64,000 bases of DNA from Octopus vulgaris (lineage: Eukaryota), in assembly GCA_951406725.2 (NCBI GenBank), contig OX597831.1, positions 80,724,001 through 80,788,000 of the forward strand, given 5' to 3'. The notes below the pieces were generated by a model. That model was not told where the DNA came from. It made no database searches and was given only the letters and a program-made list of their open reading frames with translations. Made by a program: the position numbers and the translations under genes. Below are positions 38,716-53,478 of the stretch, one piece after another. Each line of letters begins with the position of its first letter. Within the stretch, counting starts at the first letter, position 1.

Positions 38716-40414
38716 GTAAGGTTTCAAATCAGCCCAACGCCCTTTTGATTTTAATTTTATCTTTTACTCATTACAGTCAGTGAACTGTGGCCATGCTGGG
38801 GCACACCCTGGAAGGATTTCAGTCAAACAGATTGAAACCCCACCCGCCCCACTCCACCCCCCGGTATTCATGCTTTTCTCTTTCAGTTTGGTCTCTTATT
38901 GAACTGCTAAGTAATGGGGATGTAAACAAACCAATATCTGTTGTCTGGTAGTGGGGGGGGAACGCACACACACACACACGCGTAAATATCTATATTTACT
39001 ACACACAAGGGGCTAAACATCGAGTGGACAAACAAGGACAGAAAAACGGATTAAGGTGATTACATTGACCCCAGTGCATAACTGGTACTTAACTTATTGA
39101 CCCCAAAAAGATGAAAGGCAAAGTCGACCTCGACGGAATTTGAACTCACAACATAAAGGATCAGAGGTCCTTCCCAAGACAGGCTCATGAAACTGGTTCC
39201 CTGGATTAGCTTGTATATCCCCCCCCCCGATCATCTGAACAGGGCACTGGCCTGTTGTAGGGCAACTCATTTTTGCCTGTTGTGTGAAATAAAGTGCATT
39301 GCCCAAGAACACACCGTATTGCCTAGTCCGGGAATTGAAACCACAACCTTACAATCACAAGTCCAACACCTTAACCATTAAGCCGTGCACCTAGTTTCCA
39401 CCGACCGAATTCACTCACAAGGCAGTGGTGTGGCTGAGGCTATTTTACTCTTTTACGCTGGTTTAAGTCATTTGACTGCGGCCATACTGGAGCACCGCCT
39501 TTTAGTCGAACAAATCAACCCCAGGATTTATTATTTGTAAGCCTTGTACTTATTCTATTGGCCTCTTTTGCCGAACCGATAAGTTACGGGAACATAAACA
39601 AACCAACATCAGTTGTCAAGTGAGGGTGGGGATGGGGAGGATGGACAAACACAGACACACAAATACATAAATGTATTTGATGGGCTTCTTTCAGTTTCCG
39701 TCTACCAAATCCACTCACACAGTTTCGGTCGGCCCGAGTTTATTGTAGGAGGCACTTGCCCAAGGTGCCATGCAGTGGGACTGAACCCGGAACTATGTGG
39801 CTGGGAAGCAAGCTTCTTACCACACAACCACTCCCGCACCTACTTGCACAAGGTGCTATAGGATTGAACCTGAAACCGCATGGTTATAATGCAAGCTAGA
39901 AGGCTACACCAGGCCCCAATCTGTTCTGGCAAGGTTTCTACAGCTGGATGTCCTTCCTAATGCTAACCTCTCCGAGAGTGTAGTGGATGCTTTTTATGTG
40001 CCAGTCAGGTGGCACTGGCATCGACCATGTTCGGATGGCACTTTTTATGTGTTACTAGCACGAGAGTCAGTCAGGCCACTGGCATCAACCATGTCCAGAT
40101 GGCGCTTTTTACGTGTCACAGCAAGGGAGCCAGTCAGGGGGCACTGGCATCGACCACATCTGGATGGTGCTTTTTATGTGCCACCAGCACGGGAGCCAGT
40201 CAGGCGGCACTGGCATCAACCCATACTTGAATGGTGCTTATTACGTGCCACCAGCATGGGTGCCAGTCAGGTGGCACTGGCCCGATTAATGGTAACAAAA
40301 TGATTAACACTTTTGATAGCAATTTACTTGAGAGTCTCCTTGGGTCTATGATAATGATAATGATGATGATAACTCTTAATTAGTGGTATGTTTTTTTTTG
40401 CTTCTTTTTTGCAG

Positions 40415-40536
40415 ATTTCTCGAGCTAAGATGCTTGGTGACTGTATAATCCTGACCAGCATGTTGGAATTGTTTGGCACCAATACTCGACCATTTTTCAG
40501 CGGCAGCAACATTGTAGAAGCAGTACAAAGCAGTAG
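40415..40536 (+). CDS. NAGS: NAGS coding exon 5
   Basis: tttgcAG acceptor, AG|GTCAGT donor (phase 2). ISRAKMLGDCIILTSMLELFGTNTRPFFSGSNIVEAVQSS (cf. VPFFGGGSVL). Confidence 0.92.
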
Positions 40537-42407
40537 GTCAGTCATTCTACCATTCTACTACTCTCTCTCTCTCTCCATATTCTTCAAATTCTTCCTTCTT
40601 CTTTCTTGTTGCTGTTTTGTTGTTTCTTTTTTTATTATTGTTGTTTTTTTTTCCTTTTCTTTCACAGTTTTTTGCTTTTAACTTCTTCAGACTTCTTTGT
40701 TTTGGTCTTTTTTGCCTTATTCCTCCTCCTCCTCCTTCTTCTTCCGCTTCTCCTTCTTCCGCTTCTTCTTCTTCTCCTCCTCCTTCCGCTTCTTCTTCTT
40801 CTTCCGCTTCTTCTTCCGCTCCTCCTTCTTCTCATCATCATCATTATCATCATCATCATAATTATTCTCCTCTTCCTTCTATTCTTCACCTCTTCCTTTT
40901 CCTTTCTTATAATAATAATAACCTTATTGTATAAATTATTCTTTCATTCTTCTTTTCTATCCTCTCCTTCTCCCCATTTCTTCTTCTCTTCTTCATTTCC
41001 TTTCGTCATTACTATTCCATTCCTTTTCTCTTTTCTTTTTCCTCTACCTTTTTCCCCTTTCTTCATTTATACCATTTCCCACTATTTGTCCTCATTTGGT
41101 TTCCCTCAAGGCATTCAATCCTTTTTTCATCTCCTATGTTTTCTCTTCCACATTTTAATTTCACTTTCTTAATTTTATTTGATTTTCTATTTCCCTATTT
41201 CCTTTCTATTATTTTGTTTTTCCCACCCATAATATTTATCTATATATTTCGTAAATAGAATTATAAGTCTTTATCGTATATTGACTACAGAAAATAGACA
41301 AATATTGGGGGAAATATAAGATGGTGACCTAACAGAATCATTAGCACGGTCGGCAGAATGCTTAGTGGCATGTCATCTACCTTCTGAGTTCAAATTCTGC
41401 CATAGTCAACTTTGCCTTTCATCCTTTTGGGTTTGGTAAAATAAGTACCAGTTCAATACTGGGGTTGATGTCATCAACTTACTCCCTCCACAGAAATTGC
41501 TGGCCTTGTGCCAAAATTTGAAATCAATATTAGGGCATATAAACCAACTTCCGTGCCAGTGGCACATAAAAGGGCACCATTTGAGTGTGATCATTATCAG
41601 CGTCGCCTTACTGGCACTTGTGCCCCGTGCTAGTAGGGTGCCAAGAGCACCATCCAAGCGTGATCATTGCCAGAACAGCCAAGTGGCTTCCGTGCCGGTG
41701 GCACATAAAAGGGCACCATTCAAGTGTGATCGTTACCAACGTCGCCATACTGGCACATAAAAAGCACCCACTACACTCTCGGAGTGGTTGGCATTAGGAA
41801 GGGCATCCAGCTGTAGAAACTCTGCCAGATCAAGATTGGAACCCTGTGCGGCCATCTGGTTCACCAGCCCTCAGTCAAAATCGTCCAACCCATGTTAGCA
41901 TGGAAAGCGGACGTTAAACGATGATGATGATGATGATGATAAAATCCCATAATGGAAAAAAAACATGCATTAGTGTGCATGGGAATTGAACCCACGCCTC
42001 ATATTACCACACCAAACGAAAAGGTGTGGATTTGATTGTCATGCATACTAATGCCCATTTTTTTCTGTTACGGGTATTTATACACCCTAATGTTAGGCGG
42101 TAAGATGGTGGAATCATTACTGTGTCAGACAAAATATTTTGTAGAATTTCTTGTGGTGCTTTACATTCTGAGTTCAAATGCCACTCATGTCAATTTAGCT
42201 TTCCATCCTTTTGGGATCATTAAAATAAGTACCAAGAGAGTTCTGGGGTCAATGTAATGCTGGTCTTATGCCAAAATTTGAACCCAATATTTGACTATTT
42301 TCTATAACCAATATCCGGTGGTGATTTACAAAATTTCAATTGCTACCGTTTCCTAATTCATGCAGAATTTGCACATGTTTATCTATTTATTTATTTATCT
42401 ATTCCAG

Positions 42408-42630
42408 TAATAGCGTTTTCGGCAAAGTGAGTGCTATAAACAGCGACCCAATCAAATGGTGTTTGCATTCCAAACACGTCCCGATCATTCCCGCTGTTGG
42501 TGAGACGCCGTCCGGTCAGATTTTGGCTGTCGATCTCTGGAACGTCACTGAAGAAATTTCCAAAGCACTTCAACCCCTCAAAGTAATGAAAATCAACCTG
42601 AAAGGCGGCTTTCTTGATGAAGAAGGCCAT
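42408..42630 (+). CDS. NAGS: NAGS coding exon 6
   Basis: ttccAG acceptor, CAT|GTAAGT donor. NSVFGKVSAINSDPIKWCLHSKHVPIIPAVGETPSGQILAVDLWNVTEEISKALQPLKVMKINLKGGFLDEEGH (cf. QWCLESGSIPILCPIGET...LAKALRPTKIIFLNNTGGL). Confidence 0.96.
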
Positions 42631-43949
42631 GTAAGTAGAACTTTTAGACTAACACCCTAAGAGAATTTGGTAAGGAGTAAATCATTTTACCGTCTTGAAA
42701 GAAAAGAGACAGCAACATGGCTAATCCATTCCATTGCTTTAAAAAATCTGCAGAAAATATAACTTGATTAACCCTTCAAGATTGACAAAGAACCAAGATA
42801 TATGGTACATTGGTGTACTCAAGATGACCAGCCCACCACAACAGAATTGCTGTCCTAAAATCACCTTAGTAATGCTTGACCGTGAGGGGAACTGGTGCTG
42901 GTGCCATGAAAAAGGGCGCTGGTGCTGGTGCCTCATAAAAAGCTCTAGTAAATGTGTCACATAAAAGCATTGGTGCTGGGGCCACATGCAGAATACTTTC
43001 GCTGGTGCCATGGTAAAAAAACATTGGTGCTGGTGCTATGTTAAAAGCCCCCAATACTCTCTCTAAAGTGGCTGGCGTTAGGAAGGACATCCAGTTATAG
43101 AAACCAAGCCAAGGCAGATAATGGAATTTTGTGTGACTCCTGGCCATGCCAGATCCTGTCAAACCGTCTAACCCATACTAGCATGGAAAACGGATGTCTG
43201 ATGATGATGATGGTAGTGATGATGATTTCTGCTGAAATACAATGCCATTGTTTCAATTTGGAAAATAAGGAATAAAATTAATTAAAAATAATTTGTTGTT
43301 AGCATTTAAACTGGCCAAATCTGACCCAAATATTCTGCCTAATTTATGTCCAGACCAGATCCAGCTTCTCATACTTACCCTACAATGTCGTTTTCAAAAT
43401 AAACAATCACATCATTAAAATCTCAAGGCTACATTTTTTCCTTAAGAAGTCCCATTTTATATGCATGTGTCGCCTGGCAACCAGTGTTGCTGTTTTTGTG
43501 TCCCCCATAACTTAGCAGTTTGGCAAAAGAGTCTGATAGAATAGGCAGCAGGTTTTGAAAAAGTAAATTCTTTTGATTTATTTGATTAAAATTCTCCAAG
43601 GTGGTGCCCCAGCATGGCCATACTCTAATGCCTGAAACAAGTAAAAGATAAAAAAATTTTTAAATATTGTCAAGAATTCAGAAGAGCCAAAATAAAACTT
43701 GCTAATTAGCCTACATTTCTTCTCATCAGCAATTAGACAAACTAAACAGGAAACGAAGTAGGATATCCTGATTGTTTATAAATAATCAGTAACACACACA
43801 CACACAAAAGAAAAATGATCTTTGCGTGGGACTTCTCTACCGAAATATCTCTCTACACACCCGTGTGTATACAGCTATCTCTAAATCTCTATATTTATCT
43901 GTGTATGTATCTATCTAAGCCTCTCTTTCTCCATACACACACACAAACT

Positions 43950-43998
<49 letters not shown>

Positions 43999-44124
43999 GG
44001 AGAAAGAGAAAGAAGTTTATAAATATATATAATAATCATTATTTGAGGGAATAAAATCCAAACTTACAAGGAAAAAAATTCAATTTAGAAAAACTAAATC
44101 AAATTTCACACAATATAATATATG

Positions 44125-44461
44125 TATATAAAAAATTAGAAAAAAAACACCTTTTATCAATTCAAAATGAACAATTAAATTACACCATCTAGAAAATTAC
44201 ATATAATGGAAAAATTGAAATTAAAATAGCAATAAAATGCCAAATAAAAAGTCAAAGATTAAGTAAATTGCAAAAAATAATAAAAATAATAATAAATACC
44301 TATTATATACGTTTTTATTATTTTTTGCAATTTACTTAATCTTTGACATTTTATTGTTATTTTAATTTCAGCTTTTCCATTATATGTAATTTTCTAGATG
44401 GTGTAATTTAATTGTTCATTTTGAATTGATAAAAGGTGTTTTTTTTTCTAATTTTTATATA
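44125..44461. repeat. Fold-back element with ~150-bp inverted arms
   Basis: 44125-44286 is the reverse complement of 44311-44461, apart from one short indel. Confidence 0.9.
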
Positions 44462-44858
44462 TATATATGTAGGTATGTAGGTAGATAGATAGATGAAAAG
44501 ATTGGTGTATATGTAGTTTATATATAGATGTAATGATAGATAGGTGTGTATATGAATTGCTCAAAATACGGATTAGAAAAAGAGCCAACAACTGATGAAG
44601 GGTCGTTCTTTGTGTTGCTTGTCTTGTTTCTCATTTGTTTCTTTCATTGTTTGCCAAAAGAAAGTTCACATTCCATCTCCTTCGTATTTCACGTTTTCCT
44701 ATTTTATGTTGTTTACGTTTTGCAACGTCCTGTGCCTGCACATGCATATATACATATATATATACATATATATATACATATATAAATATATGAATTTTTT
44801 GCTTAATGAGATAAAAAAACCAAGGCTGTATAGATATTAGAGCATTTATAGATAGAAG

Positions 44859-44913
44859 GTCTTACAGCTGTTTCTAGGATATTAATTAATAATAATATCC
44901 CTTCACCGGAGAC
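44859..44913 (-). ncRNA. Degenerate hammerhead motif
   Basis: Reverse complement GTCT-CCGGTGA-aGGGATATT...AATATCCTa-GAAACAGCTGTA-AGAC. Stems are intact but the core has two substitutions versus CTGATGA. Confidence 0.5.
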
Positions 44914-45026
44914 GGTGTGAGAGGAAAAGCTAAGTCATAGTTAGTTTCGATATGATACAAATAGAGAGTGAGGTGGAGGGAAGAAAATAGATGCAAGATA
45001 TGTAGGGATATTGAAGTTGTAAATCC

Positions 45027-45075
<49 letters not shown>

Positions 45076-45279
45076 AGTTTGTACATATATGTATGTATAT
45101 ATGTATATGTATATATTATTTATATTATCATATATATATATATATACATACATGTATATATTCATGAACACATCCGTGTGTGTTTATGTAAGGTGAAGGG
45201 TGAGCTATATGCATTTATTTTATAGAGGTATAATGTCTGGAAGAAAGTGTTTCTTTCTCCTTGTCACTCTGTTTCTTTG

Positions 45280-45361
<82 letters not shown>

Positions 45362-45595
45362 ACCATTTATCCAATGAGAGAATCTTAACCCAGTTCTTTC
45401 CGATTTAGCATCTACCCACACCCCACAGGGCATCTGTTTTCTTCATGTGTGTGTGTGTGTATAATGACTGGTGTATGCGGATAATGATGTGTTTGCGTGT
45501 GCACAGCTGTGCATAGCTGGTGTTCATACTGATGTGTGTGTATATGTGTGTGCATATGTATATATCTGGTGCATGCAATGGTGTTTATCTAAGCC

Positions 45596-45626
<31 letters not shown>

Positions 45627-45749
45627 GTAAATGCAGGAATTGGAGAAAGGGATGTTAATGAGGATGTTATGGTGGTGGAGGTGGTGGAGGTGGTGTTAGT
45701 AGCTGTAGTGAGATGATGAGGATGGTGATGATTAAAATAATGCCTCCCT

Positions 45750-46881
<1,132 letters not shown>

Positions 46882-48821
46882 AGAGAGAGTGAGAGTGCAA
46901 TTTCATGTTTGTGTTTGCTTCTGACATTCATTGACGTCAAAATCCTGTTCGGGTTTCACTGTCTCTTGTAAAACAGATACCTCTTCTCCCCCCCCTCCCG
47001 TCTCTACGGTAACAGCTGGTGGCTGTGGTTGTGGGGTGGCAGCTAGTGACAGGGCTGATGATGATGATGATGGTGATGTGTAGTGTGTGTGTGGTGGGGA
47101 GAGTTAAGGTAAATTAAAGTAGTGATGACGATGATGATGCTGGTTGTATTCGTAGTTGTGGCTAGGAAGGTGGTGAGGATGGCAATGTTGATATTGGTTG
47201 TAGGTGGCAGCAGCAGTGGTGCAGCTGCTGTTGCTGGTGTTGGTGATGATAGAGATGGGGTAGCTAACTGCTGGGGTGGTTGAGGTGGTGCTAACTGCTA
47301 TAAGAGTGTTAATGGCAATTGTGATGATGATGATGACGATGACATTTCCAGTGGTGGTGGTGGTGGTGGTGGTTGCAATGCCAGTAATTGTGATTATGAT
47401 GATGATGATGTTTAGTTGCCTCTTAGTTTGGAGGAAAAGAAGAAAAAAAATTACAAGTGAAAAAAAATAGAAAATAAAATCTGAAATACATGTATGACAA
47501 AGACAGGTGCATCATTGCTCGACTGTCATAATATTGCACTCTGCCCCTTGCAAATACTCCACCAGGGTTATCAGTTGAATCACTCCCCACCCCACCTCAT
47601 CCCAGGAGCCTAGCATGTTAATACAGTCAATGTTTTCCACTTACAATGCCTGGTGTTAAATGAATTTATAGAATTTAGGAGTAGCTGTGTGCTAAGAAGC
47701 TTGCTTCCCAACCACATGGTCCTGGGTTCAGTCCCGTTCCATGGTACCTTGAACAAATGTCTCCTACTATAGTCTTGGGCCGACCAAAGTATTGGTAGTT
47801 AGAAGGAAGGCCTATTATTGTTATTCTCCTGAATTATTTTCTGATTCTGTCTATTAGTTTGCCTGAAATTCTTACTTTTGAGCTGCATATACAACTCTTT
47901 TGCTCAGGAAGGTAAAGTTAGACACAGGGGCCCAGGTCTGAGAGGGTTAATAATGACAAGGTTATTTTTTAAAGAACGTTCTTCATTATTTTCAAAATTA
48001 ATTGAAAGAATGGCGGTTGTATATGGAATCTGAAATCTGGTAACAAAAGGATTGGTGATTTTGCAAAACCCACAATACTGGTAAGGCTGATGATGATGCT
48101 TATATCCAAGGGAATTTTTTCTTCTAAAGAGCCGATTGACTAACTCTGTGGCACTGGTTCCCTTGAGTAGGAATTACCATGTAACCAATGCTCCGTACAC
48201 ACACTTCTTGTATGAAGTATATAGATGCAGATTCACATGCGTAACTGATAACAGACACTCAATCAGTTACGATGGCAAGTGTTCCAGCTGATCCAATCAA
48301 CGGAACAGCCCCGCTCCTCAAATTAACGAGCAAGTGGCTGAGCATGCCACAGACACGTGTACCCTTAATGTAGCTTCCTGGGAGATTCAGCGTGACACAG
48401 AGTGTGACAAGGGTGGGCCCTTGGAATACAGGTACTACTCATTTTTGCCAGCTGAGTGGACTGGAGCAACGTGAAATAAAGTGTCTTGCTCAAGGACACA
48501 ATGAATTGAACCTCCAACCTTATGACTGTGAGTCAAAAACTGCTGATGACTAAGCCACGTGTCTTCTTGGTTTACATACACATACATGGACATGCACACA
48601 CATTCTGACATTGAAATAATACAACACCCACATAAAGTACTTTTGGGTTTAATTAGATTAATCAGTAACATAATATCCATAATGAAATAATACCAATATT
48701 TTTATTGTGTTATTAAATAACAAATTACATGTTGTAAAGATCAATAATCTCCATATAATAACAACCAATATAAATAAATGCTGGTTAATCCTTCCAGTCA
48801 CATTTTACATCATATATAGAG

Positions 48822-48857
<36 letters not shown>

Positions 48858-49199
48858 GTAAAAATAATAAAGGGAGAGTTAAAATAAGGGGTGCAGGTTG
48901 AGAGTGCATACTAGGCTTGGTGGCAGGCAATACTCTTTTTTCTTTGAGGAAATTTTGCAAAGATAAGTCTCCAATGAAGTAGATTGTGCTTATGTTGAGG
49001 AAAGCAAAACACATTTATTACAAATATACAAACAATAGATTTGTTTCATTTAATTTTATTTTAAGCTAAAAAAATATATTTTTCTTTTAAAAATTGATAT
49101 TCATTATTTCATCATTTCACATGGGCACCAAGACATTGGATAAAAATTTTAATTTCACAAACGTAATTCTTTCTCAAAGAAATTACTCTTCATATTCGA

Positions 49200-49280
49200 G
49201 GCTCTGATGAAGCTTTAAGATGCTATTCAGGCACTCAACCATGAGTCCACTGCATGTTACAGCAGAAACACCTGTAAGCT
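49200..49280 (+). ncRNA. Type-I hammerhead ribozyme motif with extended stem II
   Basis: GGCT-CTGATGA-aGCTttAAgATGC...GCATgTTAcAGCa-GAAACAccTGTA-AGCT. Confidence 0.65.
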
Positions 49281-49352
49281 AATGAAATTCACAAGATAAT
49301 CATTCATTCCTTTGCCATCTCTCTTTCTAAAGTGTGTATATATATATATATA

Positions 49353-49740
49353 CTAGCAGTATCGCCCGGCGTTGCTCAGGTTTGTAAGGGAAATAACTAT
49401 AAAGCATCTTTAGAGAGTTATAGCCAAAAAATAGCAAAAAAATGGGAAAAAATTATGGTAAATTGTTTTTTGAGAGTAAAAAAAGGTTGAGTTGCGTCCC
49501 CTAGACAGTCTGTGGTTTGTTTTTTTTTATTCTCGACCCCATGTCGAATTTATCGATTTTTTTCAGAACTGGGGGAACTTTTCAAAATTTTCGCTGCGTT
49601 AGTTTTGAATTATGACATTGGGCTATGCGTGTGTCAAGTTTCATCAGAATCGGTTGAAAGCCGTGGTCAGGGTGAGGGTACGAGAAAACAGACACACAGA
49701 AACACGCACAGACAAACTGCCGTTTATATATATAGAGAGA
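49353..49740 (-). mobile_element. Helitron-like element with the same termini but a different interior
   Basis: ACTAGCAGTATCGCCCGGCGTTGCTC at the left end and TTTATATATATAGAGAGA at the right end, as at 6519-6889. Confidence 0.65.
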
Positions 49741-49937
49741 TATATATATCATACAAATAAGAAAATAGAGGAACAAATTTAGTTTGTTCATCAACTTTTG
49801 AATATTAGAATGTTGAATTATTTATTCATTTAACAAAATGAGAACCTTAATAGCATACATATATATCTTATAATTCAATACATATAAGATAAGAATAAAA
49901 ATTATAAAAATCAAATTATTGAAATCATTAAAATCAC

Positions 49938-50071
49938 TCCTTACAGCTGTTTCAGCCTATGGTTAAAAGTAGTTAATTTTATTTTTATTGCCTATAGTTG
50001 TCAATATATTGAGGTTGTAGGCATTTAAGAATAGGGTATTTATATATATAACCATAGGCCTCATCAAAGTT
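49938..50071 (-). ncRNA. Degenerate hammerhead motif with large stem II loop
   Basis: Reverse complement TTGATGA-GGCCTATGGTT...(~85 nt)...AACCATAGGCT-GAAACAGCTGTA. Stem I is weak. Confidence 0.45.
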
Positions 50072-50201
50072 TATAAGGAACTTCAAAAATATTAATATTA
50101 ATACATTTATGTATTAAGAATCTGGGTACTTTACCAACAGTATATTGGATAAATACTATCCCTTGGTGGGTTACACCCATAACCCCTAACTTACTTTGTG
50201 G

Positions 50202-50235
<34 letters not shown>

Positions 50236-50239
50236 CACT

Positions 50240-50312
50240 TGAAGCTATAAGATGTTACTCAGGTCCTCATCTCTGTGTCCACTGCATCTCATAGCAGAAA
50301 CGGCTGTAAGCC
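50240..50312 (+). ncRNA. 5'-truncated hammerhead motif (49200 family)
   Basis: TGA-agctataagatgt...gcatctcatagca-GAAACGGCTGTA-AGCC, starting just after a (TA)n tract. The CTGA part of the core is missing. Confidence 0.5.
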
Positions 50313-50608
50313 AATGAAGTAGATAAGATAATAATTTATTCCTTTGTCATATCTCTTTATTATTACTGCTCTATACACAGCCAAAACTTCGTTCTGAAAC
50401 ATGCATATATTGAGTCCTACACCAGGTTATTGGTCTTGCTCTGCCTAAACGAAATCTTAAAACATAAAAGATCATTTCTAATTATTGTATGTCATGTTTT
50501 TTTGGCAATATCACTGTGTATACTCTGAAAGTTAGCCATTGTATGACAGGTGATTCTTCATTCCAATTAAGAATAGGTATTACGGCGTGTTCTCTTCTCG
50601 TTCAACAG

Positions 50609-50689
50609 GTCATTCCTAACATTAACTTACCTGTCGATTTGGAAACAGTAGCAGAGAAACCCTGGTACACACCTGAAATCAAAAGTCGG
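50609..50689 (+). CDS. NAGS: NAGS coding exon 7
   Basis: caacAG acceptor, CGG|GTAAGT donor, 81 nt. VIPNINLPVDLETVAEKPWYTPEIKSR (cf. VLSNVNLPADLDLV). Confidence 0.94.
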
Positions 50690-51428
50690 GTAAGTATGGT
50701 TTGCTGCTTTACCTTTTCCTGTTGCCCCTCCTTTCTGACCCACTCCGTTTCCTTCCCCTTCCTCCCCACTGCTCCACTCTTCCTTTCACATTCTCACAGA
50801 ATCATCCATTCACACACCTCCATCTTGTACTCCTGGTCTCAATTCTGTCCCCTTATTCTTGCCCCTGTACTCTTACTCTCGATTCTGTACCTTGAAGGTG
50901 CCCATTGATACCTCACAACCAGCATCTCTCTCTCATTTCCTCTTTTCAGCAGGGGAAGCCATGTATCTCCCCTACATCAAGATGGCTGTTTCTCCCCCAC
51001 CCCATCATACACCAGGCACAAAGCCACCTCCCTCAAGAACACCTCAGTCCTGGAGTCTTGTCTTGTGAGTTACTTGGTGACCTCCCGAGTACTGGTGCCA
51101 TGGGGGAAAAAAAGCACCCACCATGCTCTGAAGTGGTTGGCATTAAGAAGGGCATCCAGCTGTAGAAACCCTGCCAAAACAGTCCTTGGACCCATCGGAT
51201 CCTGTCAAACTGTCCAATCCATGCCAGCATAGAAAACAGACTTTGCCTCTCATCCTTTCAGGATCGATAAAATAATAAGTACCAGTTACGCACTGGGGGT
51301 CAATGTAATCAATTTACCCCTTCCCCCCTCCCAATTTCAAGCCTTGTGCCTATAATAGAAAGGATTGTTATTATTATTATTATTATCATTATTGTTATTA
51401 TTATTGTTGTTGTTGTTTCTTCTGGCAG

Positions 51429-51528
51429 ATATCAAGGATTTCAGACTTACTCTATCAGCTTCCAAGCCACAGCTCTGTTGTGATAACATCAGTGGACAAA
51501 ATGCTACAAGAACTGTTCACGCATCGAG
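51429..51528 (+). CDS. NAGS: NAGS coding exon 8
   Basis: tggcAG acceptor, G|GTAAGA donor (phase 1). ISRISDLLYQLPSHSSVVITSVDKMLQELFTHR (cf. LPHHSSAVIT...LLTELFSNKG). Confidence 0.96.
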
Positions 51529-52967
51529 GTAAGACCAGCCATGCTTCATGGAACCCCTCCTTCCATAACCACCACCACCACCACCACAACAACAATTACA
51601 CTCAGACAGGCAGTGTCCTCCCCTCCCTCCCTCTGTCTCTTCTGCCGTCATCATACATCTGTTCCATTCTCTGCTTGCAAGACTACTTGTCTCCATCCAT
51701 GCCCATCAATGCTCACCTGATGCACTCACCGCTCTTTCTTCTCAAGAAACAATGAGTGTGAGGGGTTCTATGTGGTCGTTTGATGTGCTAAAAATAGCAA
51801 TGAAATGTCCTTTGAAACCCTGCAAATTCAAATTAAGAAAGGAAGAGCACACAGGGTCATGTAGTCCTGGATTTATCCCTAAAAAAATGGGCTGGTCACA
51901 GCTGGAAGGTCTTTGATCATAGGTTTGCTGGAGTTGAGAAGACCTGGGGCTAATGATGACAACAATATCTTCTTGAACAGACGAGGTTATCTCTCCATGG
52001 TCACTGAACCTGCTAGAAATAACAGCCAAACTTTCTTCAAATCCTTCCCCCTTGTGACTGTCTTTAAAAAATGGGGGCATAATGGATAAGGTAATCAGGG
52101 TTCTTACACAACCCCTGGAGGAATGAAAAGCAAAGTTGATCTCTGGAGGATTTGATCTCCCAGTGCAGAAACCCGTGTTTGATTCTTTATCTGAAATTTA
52201 TCTTTTGCTTGTTTCAATCATTGGACTGCGGCCATGCTGGGGCACCACCTTGAAGAGTTTTTTTTTCAGTCTGGTATTTGATCTTTTTGTCTCTTTTGCT
52301 GAACCACTCAGTTGTGAGGATGTAAACAAACCAACACTGGTTGTCAAATGGTGGGACATACACACACACACACACGATGGGCTTCCACACAGTTTCCCTC
52401 TACCAAATTCACTCATAAAGCATTGGTCAGTCTGAGGCTACAGGAGAAGACACTTGCCCAAGGTGCCCTGCAGTGGGACAGAACCTGGATGCATGTGGTC
52501 ACAAACTGAGCTCCTTAACCACACAGTCACACCTTTTGCCTTGGAGAGGCATTTTTGGATGTGCATTGTATAGGCATCTCTTCAGGGCCGAAATTATTTT
52601 CTGATACTGAAAAGGAAGAACAGCCTGAAGTTTAGTTTTTTTTGTTTTATATATATCACCGTGATCACCGTGACTGACCAGGCTACCAGATGTTGCTACA
52701 CATCGCTGGTCACAATGCACTTCGCATTGTTTTAGCCTTTAAATGACGCCACCCCACGGGCTAAACGAGCAGGCCAACAGAAGAAAGAGTGAGAGAAAGT
52801 TGTGGCGAAAGAGGACAGCAGGGATCGCCACCACCCCCTGCTGGAGCCTCGTGGAGCTTTAGGTGTTTTTGCTCAATAAACACTCACAACGCCTGGTCTG
52901 GGAATCGAAACCGCAATCCTACAACTGCGAGTCCACTGCCCTAACCACTGAGCCATAGCGTCTCCAC

Positions 52968-53003
<36 letters not shown>

Positions 53004-53431
53004 TACTCTTTTACTTGTTTCAGTCATTTGACTGCGGCCATGCTGGAGCACCACCTTTAGTCGAGCAAATCGACCCCGGGACTTATTCTTTGTAAGCCCA
53101 GTACTTATTCTATCGGTCTCTTTTTGCCGAACCACTAAGTGACGGGGACGTAAACACACCAGCATCGGTTGTCAAGCAATGCTAGGGGTACAAACACAGA
53201 CACACAAACACGCACACACACACATGCATATATATATATATATATATATACATACATATATATATATATACGACAGGCTTCTTTCAGTTTCCGTCTACCA
53301 AATCCACTCACAAGGCATTGGTCGGCCCGGGGCTATAGCAGAAGACACTTGCCCAAGATGCCACGCAGTGGGACTGAACCCGGAACTATGTGGTTGCTTA
53401 GCAAGCTACTTACCACACAATCACTCCTGCG

Positions 53432-53478
<47 letters not shown>

